Shown here one piece after another: positions 28,557 to 36,701 of a stretch of 64,000 nt of DNA. This DNA is from a bacterium (GTDB lineage: Bacteria; Zhuqueibacterota; Zhuqueibacteria; Residuimicrobiales; Krinioviventaceae), in NCBI GenBank assembly GCA_963693055.1, contig OY843751.1, positions 1,972,914 through 2,036,913 of the forward strand, read 5' to 3'. Each line of letters starts with the position of its first letter. Position 1 is the first letter of the stretch. The translations under genes were made by a program, and so were the position numbers. A model generated the notes under the pieces. The model had not been told where the DNA came from and made no database searches. It saw only the letters and a list, made by a program, of their open reading frames with translations.

Positions 28557-29729
28557 ATGAAACCGCAATTGGATAAACGAATTGCAGGGTATTCTGCATT
28601 GGCAGCAGCAATGTTAACCGGGGCACAGGGTAAGGCTGAAATATTGAAATACACATCTGGGGCAGTTCTTAATACCAACGGTCAGATTCAAGGTTTAGAC
28701 TTTGACCAGGTTGGAGGTGATGGTAACGATCTACGATTTTTATGCTATTCTGATGCTTTTACCAAAAAATTCGAAGTACAAAATCTGGATTTCCCTGATA
28801 GCGGCGCCTTTTTAGGATTGCTTTCCGGTCCTTATGTTCTTCCTTTTGCTTTGAATTATTCAAGCAGTATACGTACCAACAGTGTTGCATGGAACGCCGG
28901 TGCTATAGGAGTTGGAATGCTAAATTATAGATGTTTTTCAACTGCAATTACTTATAGTTATGGCTTCTGGGGAAATAAATCCAATAAATATATGGGTGTA
29001 AGGTTTGATATTAGCGGACAAACACATTACGGTTGGGTGAAAATGTCGTGTAATGGAACGTCGCTCACTATACACGAGTATGCTTATGAATCAGTTGCCA
29101 ATACCGGAATTGATGCTCCACTTCCCGTCAAGCTATCTTTATTTACGGCAGAGTCTGTTAAAAATGCAATTCAGGTAAAATGGACAACCCAAAGTGAAGA
29201 AGATAATTTGGGCTTTGTTTTGGAGCGCCGGTTGGATTCAGAAACCGAATGGACAACTATAGCTAGTTATCAGACTCATGATGAATTAAACGGTCAGGAA
29301 AATAGTACAAATCAAACAGATTATCAATTCAACGATTCTGATGTATATGCAGGCCATACGTATCATTATCGTTTGTCAGATGTGGATGTAAATGGGAATT
29401 CCAATTTTCGTAATGAAATTCAGGTCGATGCTACAAACCTGGTTGCACCCAGCGAAACTGAACTGGTGTCTGCATATCCCAATCCTTTTAATCCGGGAAC
29501 TACAATACAATACAAGCTGGAATTAGATGATTTTGTAACACTGAGCGTGGTTGATATAACCGGTCGAACGGTTCGTACGTTAGTCAAAGAAAACCAGCAA
29601 GCAGGTCAATATTCATTTGCATGGGATGGAAACGATAATAATGGCAATTCATCTCCCAGTGGTATTTACATGCTGGTATTGCGCAGTGGGCAGGTTACAC
29701 GCACTCTAAAAATTACTAGATTACGATAA
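28557..29729 (+). CDS. Secreted protein with a T9SS C-terminal sorting domain, tandem paralog 2
   Basis: An AGGAGGGAG SD precedes the start. It is collinear with 27246..28388 along the whole length and ends in the same T9SS-type C-terminus. Confidence 0.65.
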   Translation: MKPQLDKRIAGYSALAAAMLTGAQGKAEILKYTSGAVLNTNGQIQGLDFDQVGGDGNDLRFLCYSDAFTKKFEVQNLDFPDSGAFLGLLSGPYVLPFALNYSSSIRTNSVAWNAGAIGVGMLNYRCFSTAITYSYGFWGNKSNKYMGVRFDISGQTHYGWVKMSCNGTSLTIHEYAYESVANTGIDAPLPVKLSLFTAESVKNAIQVKWTTQSEEDNLGFVLERRLDSETEWTTIASYQTHDELNGQENSTNQTDYQFNDSDVYAGHTYHYRLSDVDVNGNSNFRNEIQVDATNLVAPSETELVSAYPNPFNPGTTIQYKLELDDFVTLSVVDITGRTVRTLVKENQQAGQYSFAWDGNDNNGNSSPSGIYMLVLRSGQVTRTLKITRLR

Positions 29730-29748
29730 ATTTTTTATAAATATTTTA

Positions 29749-29787
29749 GTCCGGCCTGGAATTTTCATTTCAGACCGGATTTTTTTA
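29749..29787 (+). terminator. Rho-independent terminator after paralog 2
   Basis: A TCCGGCCTG...CAGACCGGA hairpin is followed by TTTTTTT. Confidence 0.6.
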
Positions 29788-29975
29788 TAATTACCTACCG
29801 TTATAAATTTCCTAAACTTTTAGTCGCACTATCCTCGTTTTTTATCTTTTATTGTACTTGATGTTTTTTTTTGGTGTAGTTTCTGCTACTCTATAAGTGG
29901 CTGTTTATTATTTAGTAATGTTGTAATTATTCAGCGTAAACAAGCTTGTATATTGACCCCGTTAATGGAGGTAAA

Positions 29976-31187
29976 ATGAAAAAAATCTGGATAGCTCTAT
30001 TTTTTACACTGTGTTTCTCTTCAATTGTTATTGCACAATCGTCAGAATTTGGTATTAAATTTACCGGTTTTGTTAAAACCGATGTCATGTTTGATTCCCG
30101 CCAGACGGTTACTGCACGAGAGGGACATTTTCTACTTTATCCTGCCGGTGAAGATCTGGATGTGAATGGAGAAGATGCAAATGCGCAACCCAATCTCAAT
30201 ATGCTAGCAATACAAACCCGGCTCAAGGGAGCTATCACAGGTCCGGACGCATTTGGGGCCAAAACATCCGGTTTAATTGAGGCTGCATTTTTTGGTCATT
30301 CCAATGCGGATGTTAATGGTTTTCGTTTGCGGCATGCTTTTTTAACCCTGGCTTGGGAAAAAAACACACTTTTGGTTGGACAATTTTGGCATCCCATGTT
30401 TGTGACGGGTTGTTTTCCTGGTACAGTTTCTTTTAATACCGGTGTACCTTTTCAACCCTTTTCCCGTAATCCTCAGGTTCGTCTAACTCATACAACTGGT
30501 GCTATATCACTTTTGGCTGCAGCAGTGTCTCAAAGAGATTTTACCAGTTCGGGTCCCGATGGTGCAGGGTCTCAATATTTAAGAAATGCAGCTGTTCCAA
30601 ATCTACATGGGCAACTTTTAATCAGTGCTGATAAAGTGCTTTTGGGTGCAGGTGTGGACTGGAAAATGTTAAAGCCGAGATTGAAAACACCACTGAATTA
30701 TGTGTCTGACGAAACAGTTTCTGGTGTGTCTGTAATGGGTTTTGCAAAATTCAAATTACCCAAAGCAGAATGGAAGATTTATGGTGTTTACGGACAAAAT
30801 CTAACTGATATGGTTATGCTTAGTGGTTATGCTGTTAACAGCATAGATGCTGCAACCGCGCAGGAAAGCTATATACCTACGGATGTTATGTCTGTTTGGA
30901 CTGATTTTTCAACCGGTACTACAATCGCTTATGGCTGTTTTGCCGCCTATACTCAAAATCAGGGTGCTGGTGAAAATATTGGCAGCTTTTGGGGGAGAGG
31001 TTCGAATATTGATAATATATATCGCATTTCTCCACGAATTATGTGGAACTCTGGTAAAACCCGTTTTGCTGCCGAAGTTGAATATACCGCAGCCGCATAT
31101 GGCACGGCTGACAAGCAGGGTAAAGTTCAGGATGCTGAATATGTAAATAATTTGAGATTGTTATTAGCCGCTTATTATTTCTTTTAA
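29976..31187 (+). CDS. Outer-membrane porin-like beta-barrel protein
   Basis: A GGAGG SD precedes the start. The signal peptide is MKKIWIALFFTLCFSSIVIAQ. The sequence shows alternating beta-strand patterns and ends in the C-terminal aromatic sequence YYFF. Confidence 0.6.
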   Translation: MKKIWIALFFTLCFSSIVIAQSSEFGIKFTGFVKTDVMFDSRQTVTAREGHFLLYPAGEDLDVNGEDANAQPNLNMLAIQTRLKGAITGPDAFGAKTSGLIEAAFFGHSNADVNGFRLRHAFLTLAWEKNTLLVGQFWHPMFVTGCFPGTVSFNTGVPFQPFSRNPQVRLTHTTGAISLLAAAVSQRDFTSSGPDGAGSQYLRNAAVPNLHGQLLISADKVLLGAGVDWKMLKPRLKTPLNYVSDETVSGVSVMGFAKFKLPKAEWKIYGVYGQNLTDMVMLSGYAVNSIDAATAQESYIPTDVMSVWTDFSTGTTIAYGCFAAYTQNQGAGENIGSFWGRGSNIDNIYRISPRIMWNSGKTRFAAEVEYTAAAYGTADKQGKVQDAEYVNNLRLLLAAYYFF

Positions 31188-31192
31188 TAAAA

Positions 31193-31227
31193 AAAGGTCC
31201 CCGGATTTTTTCGGGGACCTTTTTAAA
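31193..31227. terminator. Bidirectional terminator shared by the convergent porin gene and the cytochrome/OMP operon
   Basis: The hairpin AAAGGTCCCCG...CGGGGACCTTT is flanked by an A-run and a T-run. Confidence 0.7.
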
Positions 31228-32758
31228 AACGATACCCCAAATCCGTGTAAATACGGTGCCCAAACGTTACATCTCCCCATTCGTACTCGTAATTCGTTGT
31301 TATATAAAATGATGCAGGCAATTCAATTTGTGTGTTAAATTGTAACCATTGACTGTTTCGTTTCAATCCGGATGTTTGATATTCGTAATTATAGCTGCCA
31401 TATCCCAAAGATATATAGTGACCATTTTTCAAATATTTACCTAGTGTAACAGATGGGTGAACACCCCGGGTGTACAAATTTGAGAATCCTGAAAAACGGA
31501 GTGATAATCTCATTCTTTTTATAAATAGATTGTTTTTATATATACCCAATGAATATGACGTTGTGGTATTTTCATCACTCTTTTTACGTAAACCGTAATT
31601 TCCAAAGATACGAGTGTCCTTTGTCCACTTGAAATTGATATTACCACGTAATCCTTGTCTGAATGCATCATCAAACAGACTGTCAGCAACTGACAAGAGT
31701 TCATAGGTGTAATAATTTTTATAATTGTTATAAGAGAGTCCGGCTGTGAGCTTTTCTGAGATATTCATACTTGCATTTAAATACAGGTTGGACAAGCTCA
31801 CCGTTGATTGGTTTTTTTCTTCTTTCCGCCAATCCCGATTTATATCAAGCTCCATACGTTGATAAAAATACCATCCCTTGTAAGCGTTTATGCTGCTTTG
31901 CAGGTAAACAAATTCTCTGCTCACTATAGAATCATGATATTCACCGGCTGCTGCAAGTGTAACCTCGTATTTTGTTCCTGTAAAATCGCCCCTGTTGTAG
32001 TTGATAAATGTACCATATTTTTGCAGTGAGGTTTGAAAAGATGAATACTGCCATTGAGGTTGAGTACCGGCAAAAGCTCCCAGTTTCAGATTTTTGAATG
32101 TATTGTATTGCAAATTTAATCCGTCAATATACCCCAAGCCACTAAATATATGTGAAATGATTCTGCCGACTTTGTAATTGAGTGTTGAATTGGGATTGTC
32201 ATAGGAAAAGGATACCTCATATAAACGGTTACGCCATTCTGTCTCCGGGGTTGTGGAATTATAACGCCTGCTCCTTTGATTGTATCTGGATCGAAGTTTG
32301 ATGTTCAGGTTATAATCCCGGTCCCATAATTGTTTGACTTTGAGCTTGAATCTGACCGCGGGTTGTTTGAAATCGTTGTTATATGTTGAGATATCATTAA
32401 ATTGATAGTGTTGAAAAACAAGATAACCGCTGTATCTGGTTTTACTGATTGTTTTAGTTTTTGGTTTTTCAGGATTATCAATTCTTACCTGGTTTCCTTT
32501 ACGTAATTCTGTCGAATTTTCAAGAATTCGGCACGTAGCAGAGTTTTTTGAAATATGTGTAATCTCTAATTTTGAAATCATTTCATCATTTCTTGAAGCG
32601 GTGAGAATATCTCCCAAAACAAGCCCTTTTTCAGTACCCGCGTTAATTACAATCTGATCGTTACTAATATCCTGTATTGTTGCATAATCCTGAGCATACA
32701 GATTTAAGCTTGGTATCAACAAAATGATAATGATCAAAATGTTTTTGCTTCTAATCAT
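31223..32758 (-). CDS. Outer-membrane beta-barrel protein translationally coupled to the giant cytochrome
   Basis: The start is taken at M47 of the track ORF (ATG 32756-32758), giving the signal peptide MIRSKNILIIIILLIPSLNLYAQ. Amphipathic beta-strand patterns run throughout. The C-terminus is DLGYRF. The start overlaps the cytochrome stop (ATGATTAG). Confidence 0.65.
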   Translation of the reverse strand: MIRSKNILIIIILLIPSLNLYAQDYATIQDISNDQIVINAGTEKGLVLGDILTASRNDEMISKLEITHISKNSATCRILENSTELRKGNQVRIDNPEKPKTKTISKTRYSGYLVFQHYQFNDISTYNNDFKQPAVRFKLKVKQLWDRDYNLNIKLRSRYNQRSRRYNSTTPETEWRNRLYEVSFSYDNPNSTLNYKVGRIISHIFSGLGYIDGLNLQYNTFKNLKLGAFAGTQPQWQYSSFQTSLQKYGTFINYNRGDFTGTKYEVTLAAAGEYHDSIVSREFVYLQSSINAYKGWYFYQRMELDINRDWRKEEKNQSTVSLSNLYLNASMNISEKLTAGLSYNNYKNYYTYELLSVADSLFDDAFRQGLRGNINFKWTKDTRIFGNYGLRKKSDENTTTSYSLGIYKNNLFIKRMRLSLRFSGFSNLYTRGVHPSVTLGKYLKNGHYISLGYGSYNYEYQTSGLKRNSQWLQFNTQIELPASFYITTNYEYEWGDVTFGHRIYTDLGYRF

Positions 32759-35700
32759 CTTCAGCATACCCCCTGGGGTGACATGCATAACATGCAGAGC
32801 TTTCATAAACATATCCACTTTCGTCATCATGTATATCATCCATTTTGACTCTGGTATGTTCGTGACAATTAATGCATTCAAATTGTGAATAATCATTTGT
32901 TGCTACATGGCAATTGTTGCAGGTATTCCATTCACCGGCATGTTCTCCAGAATAAATTGGAAAGTATTGTCTGTCATGGTCCCAATTTGCCGGCCGCCAG
33001 GCCGAGGTGTTGTGACAGCTATTACAGGTTGTTGGGAAATGAGCTGCGCTGTGATTTGGATTGTTGGTGCCATTATAATCATCCATATGGCAGGAATAAC
33101 AATCTGTGGGTGTATTGTCGTATCCGCTGCTATGACAATCTGAGCAGTCCGCATTTAGATGTGCACCGGTTAGTGTAAATGATGTTGTCGTATGATCAAA
33201 AAATGCCGGAATCCATCCATTTATGGAATGGCAGTCCGTACACTCGTGGCTGAAATTGTTACTGACATGATTGGGATCGGTCACGGATTCAAAATCAGTT
33301 TGATGGCAACTGTAACACTCGGTTGGGATGTTGGTATAGCCCGTACTGTGACAATCAATACAATTGGCTGATGTGTGTGCGCCTTCCAACGGAAACAAGG
33401 TGGCAGCGTGATCAAACTGCGCGGGAGAGAATGCGTTCATACTGTGGCAGTCCGTACACTCGTGGCTGAAATTGTTACTGATATGATTGGGATCGGTAAC
33501 GGATTCAAAATCAGTTTGATGGCAGCTATAGCATTCGATTGGAATGTTGGTATAGCCTGTGGAATGGCAATCGATACAGTTGACCGTAGTGTGCGCACCT
33601 TCCAACGGAAACAAGGTGGCAGCGTGATCAAACTGCGTGGGAGAGAATGCGTTCATGCTGTGACAATCCAGACACTCGTGGCTGAAATTGTTACTGACAT
33701 GATTGGGATCGGTAACGGATTCAAAATCAGTTTGATGACAGCTGTAACATTCAGTGGGTATATTTGTATATCCTGTACTGTGACAATCAATACAATTGGC
33801 TGATGTATGCGCCCCTTCCAGTGGAAACAGGGTGGTTGCATGATCAAACTGCGCGGGAGTAAAGGCACTCATGCTGTGACAATCCGTACACTCGTGGCTG
33901 AAATTGTTGATGGCATGATTAGGGTCCGTAACAGATTCAAAATCCGCCTGATGACAGCTGTAGCATTCAGTCGGAATGTTGCTATAGCCCGTACTGTGAC
34001 AATCGATACAACTGGCTGATGTATGCGCCCCTTCCAGTGGAAACAGGGTGGTTGCATGATCAAACTGCGCAGGAGAAAAAGCATTCATACTGTGACAATC
34101 CAGACACTCGTGGCTGAAATTGTTGGTGACGTGATTGGGGTCTGAAACAGATTCAAAATCTGCTTGGTGACAGCTGAAACATTCGGTAGGAATATTGGTA
34201 TAGCCCGTACTGTGACAATCAATACAATTGGCTGATGTATGTGCGCCTTCCAACGGGAACAAGGTGGCTGCGTGATCAAACTGAGCGGGAGAGAATGCGT
34301 TCATACTGTGACAGTCTGAACAAATATGACTGAAATTGTTGGTGACGTGATTGGGTTCCGTAACAGATTCAAAATCCGCCTGATGACAGCTGTAGCATTC
34401 AGTCGGAATGTTGCTATAGCCCGTACTGTGACAATCAATACAATTGGCTGATGTGTGTGCACCTTCCAACGGAAACAAGGTGGCAGCGTGATCAAACTGA
34501 GCGGGAGAGAATGCGTTCATACTGTGACAGTCTGAACAAATATGACTGAAATTGTTGGTGACGTGATTGGGTTCCGTAACAGATTCAAAATCGGTTTGGT
34601 GACAGCTGTAGCATTCAGTGGGTATATTTGTATATCCTGTACTGTGGCAATCAATACAATTGGCTGATGTATGTGCGCCTTCCAGCGGAAACAAGGTGGC
34701 TGCGTGATCAAACTGAGCGGGAGAGAATGCGTTCATACTGTGACAGTCTGAACAAATATGACTGAAATTGTTGGTGACATGATTGGGCTCAGTCACGGAT
34801 TCAAAATCAGTTTGGTGACAGCTGTAGCATTCAGTCGGAATGTTGCTATAGCCCGTACTGTGACAATCGATACAATTGACTGATGTATGTGCGCCTTCCA
34901 GCGGGAACAAGGTGGCTGCGTGATCAAACTGAGCGGGAGAGAATGCGTTCATACTGTGACAGTCCGAACACTCGTGGCTAAAATTGTTACTGACATGATT
35001 GGGCTCAGTCACGGATTCAAAATCAGTTTGATGGCAGCTATAGCATTCGGTTGGTATGTTGATATATCCTGTTGAATGACAATCGATACAATTGGCTGAT
35101 GTATGTGCGCCTTCCAACGGGAACAAGGTTGTCGCGTGGTCAAATTGCGCCGGAGAAAAAGCATTCATGCTGTGGCAATCCGAACACTCGTGGCTGAAAT
35201 TGTTGGTGACATGATTGGGATCTGAAACAGATTCAAAATCGGTTTGATGGCAGCTATAGCATTCGGGTTTTGTTGCGTTATATCCCAGAGTATGACAATC
35301 ACTACAGGATGCGTTCTTGTGTGCACCGTCCAGGCTGAATCCGGTGATTAAATGGTCAAACTGGATAGGATCCCAATTGTTCACGGAATGGCATGTCAGG
35401 CAGTTTTTGTCAAAATTATTCGCAACATGGTTGGGATCTATTATGTTTGTAAAATCATTAATATGACAATCATAGCATTCCTGTGCAAGGCCGGTCAACT
35501 GATTATTTACATGGCATTCAGTACATTCAAGCGTTGTATGTACACCTAAAAGAGTAAAACCACTGACTTGAGAATGATCAAACTGTGACCGGTCCCAGCT
35601 TGAAGCCGAATGACATGTTTCACAGAGTGTTGGAAAACCCAATACAGAGTGGTTTGGATTCTGTGTTTCCATATAGTCATTTTGATGACAGGTAAAACAA

Positions 35701-36404
35701 TCAGCGGATTGCTGTGAATAAACACCGGTATGACAATCACTGCACTGCTGATTGTGGGGACCCGTTAGGCCAAAGTTTGCAGTATGTTCAAAACGTGCCG
35801 AATTCCAACTCATGTCTTCTATATAATGACAGGATTGACAATCCAGGCTAAATCCGGCAAGTTTATGGTCAGGATTATCTGTTGTGTTATAATCATTCAA
35901 ATGGCAGCCAAAACATTCAACGGGTGTGGTTTTGTATTGAATGCGCTGTTCTTTGTAATGGCAGGCCTCACAGTCCAACTGTTTATGTGCCCCGGTTAAT
36001 GGATAATTAAACTCGTTATGTAAATGTCGCATACGTGTATAATTGATCCAATTGTCTGGAGTGTGGCAATTTTCACATTCTGTCCCCAGTTCACCATGAT
36101 GTATGTCTGTATGACAGTTGAAGCAATGTTTGTCATTCTTTTCAAATACAAGGTCTGAATGGCATGTTTTACAATGCAGAGAGTTGTGTTTCCCTTTTAG
36201 TGAAAATCCGGTTTCCTGTTCATGATTGAATTCAATGTTTTGAGGATCAACTTGCCAGCTTTCATCTGTATGGCACAGTTCGCAATCCATTTCAAATTCA
36301 TCACTGTGGGGATATTCAGCATCCTCTTGTGATAAAATAATGGTAAATTGACATAATAATGAAATAACAAGCATCAGGAATACAAAACTGTATTTGATTT
36401 TCAC
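32751..36404 (-). CDS. Giant multihaem c-type cytochrome (about 1217 aa, 49 CxxCH motifs) built of concatenated trihaem modules
   Basis: I counted 49 CxxCH motifs manually in the translation. The probable GTG start at 36404 (V23 of the track ORF) follows AAGGAAA and gives the signal-like N-terminus KIKYSFVFLMLVISLLCQF. The repeating module is GAH..CxxCH / CxxCH.D(Y/F)...PNH / F...CxxCH...FDH. Confidence 0.85.
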   Translation of the reverse strand: MKIKYSFVFLMLVISLLCQFTIILSQEDAEYPHSDEFEMDCELCHTDESWQVDPQNIEFNHEQETGFSLKGKHNSLHCKTCHSDLVFEKNDKHCFNCHTDIHHGELGTECENCHTPDNWINYTRMRHLHNEFNYPLTGAHKQLDCEACHYKEQRIQYKTTPVECFGCHLNDYNTTDNPDHKLAGFSLDCQSCHYIEDMSWNSARFEHTANFGLTGPHNQQCSDCHTGVYSQQSADCFTCHQNDYMETQNPNHSVLGFPTLCETCHSASSWDRSQFDHSQVSGFTLLGVHTTLECTECHVNNQLTGLAQECYDCHINDFTNIIDPNHVANNFDKNCLTCHSVNNWDPIQFDHLITGFSLDGAHKNASCSDCHTLGYNATKPECYSCHQTDFESVSDPNHVTNNFSHECSDCHSMNAFSPAQFDHATTLFPLEGAHTSANCIDCHSTGYINIPTECYSCHQTDFESVTEPNHVSNNFSHECSDCHSMNAFSPAQFDHAATLFPLEGAHTSVNCIDCHSTGYSNIPTECYSCHQTDFESVTEPNHVTNNFSHICSDCHSMNAFSPAQFDHAATLFPLEGAHTSANCIDCHSTGYTNIPTECYSCHQTDFESVTEPNHVTNNFSHICSDCHSMNAFSPAQFDHAATLFPLEGAHTSANCIDCHSTGYSNIPTECYSCHQADFESVTEPNHVTNNFSHICSDCHSMNAFSPAQFDHAATLFPLEGAHTSANCIDCHSTGYTNIPTECFSCHQADFESVSDPNHVTNNFSHECLDCHSMNAFSPAQFDHATTLFPLEGAHTSASCIDCHSTGYSNIPTECYSCHQADFESVTDPNHAINNFSHECTDCHSMSAFTPAQFDHATTLFPLEGAHTSANCIDCHSTGYTNIPTECYSCHQTDFESVTDPNHVSNNFSHECLDCHSMNAFSPTQFDHAATLFPLEGAHTTVNCIDCHSTGYTNIPIECYSCHQTDFESVTDPNHISNNFSHECTDCHSMNAFSPAQFDHAATLFPLEGAHTSANCIDCHSTGYTNIPTECYSCHQTDFESVTDPNHVSNNFSHECTDCHSINGWIPAFFDHTTTSFTLTGAHLNADCSDCHSSGYDNTPTDCYSCHMDDYNGTNNPNHSAAHFPTTCNSCHNTSAWRPANWDHDRQYFPIYSGEHAGEWNTCNNCHVATNDYSQFECINCHEHTRVKMDDIHDDESGYVYESSACYACHPRGYAEDD
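33200..35320 (-). repeat. In-frame tandem repeat inside the cytochrome gene: 216-bp unit (72 codons, 3 CxxCH), about 10 units
   Basis: The motif gaatgcgttcatactgtg and its variants recur at about 33427, 33643, 33859, 34075, 34291, 34507, 34723, 34939 and 35155. Spurious antisense track ORFs also step by exactly 216 nt. Confidence 0.85.
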
Positions 36405-36701
36405 TTTTGTTTCCTTTATTTGGTGATCAACATGAATTATAATAAAAGCGCGGAATAGAAGTAAAGACAAGAGGGGGATAGTTGTAGTAACATGTTGATA
36501 TTTATATATTAAGGTTGATTAAGGCCCAAAATGGTTTTTATGAATATATTCTTTTCTAAATGTCATTCACTATATATAATTATAGTACAAACTTGATACC
36601 GTTAAAAGAAAAAAACACAATATTAAAAGGGGGTGTAGAAAATTACGACTGTACTTGTAAGGATGAGAGTGTGTGGGGTGTTACCTGAATTTGACAGGAT
36701 T

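Noticed and set aside
33375-35075. A series of 60-142-aa ORFs on both strands inside the cytochrome gene, stepping by 216 nt (for example 33653..33868, 33869..34084, 34085..34279).
   Set aside because: They are shadows of the in-frame tandem repeat. Their translations are low-complexity repeats of each other with no start context. The sense frame, with its CxxCH motifs, fully explains the region.
33200-35320. The regular 216-bp periodicity could suggest a CRISPR-like or satellite array.
   Set aside because: The units are contiguous with no unique spacers. They are in frame and encode conserved haem-binding modules. No cas genes or leader are present.
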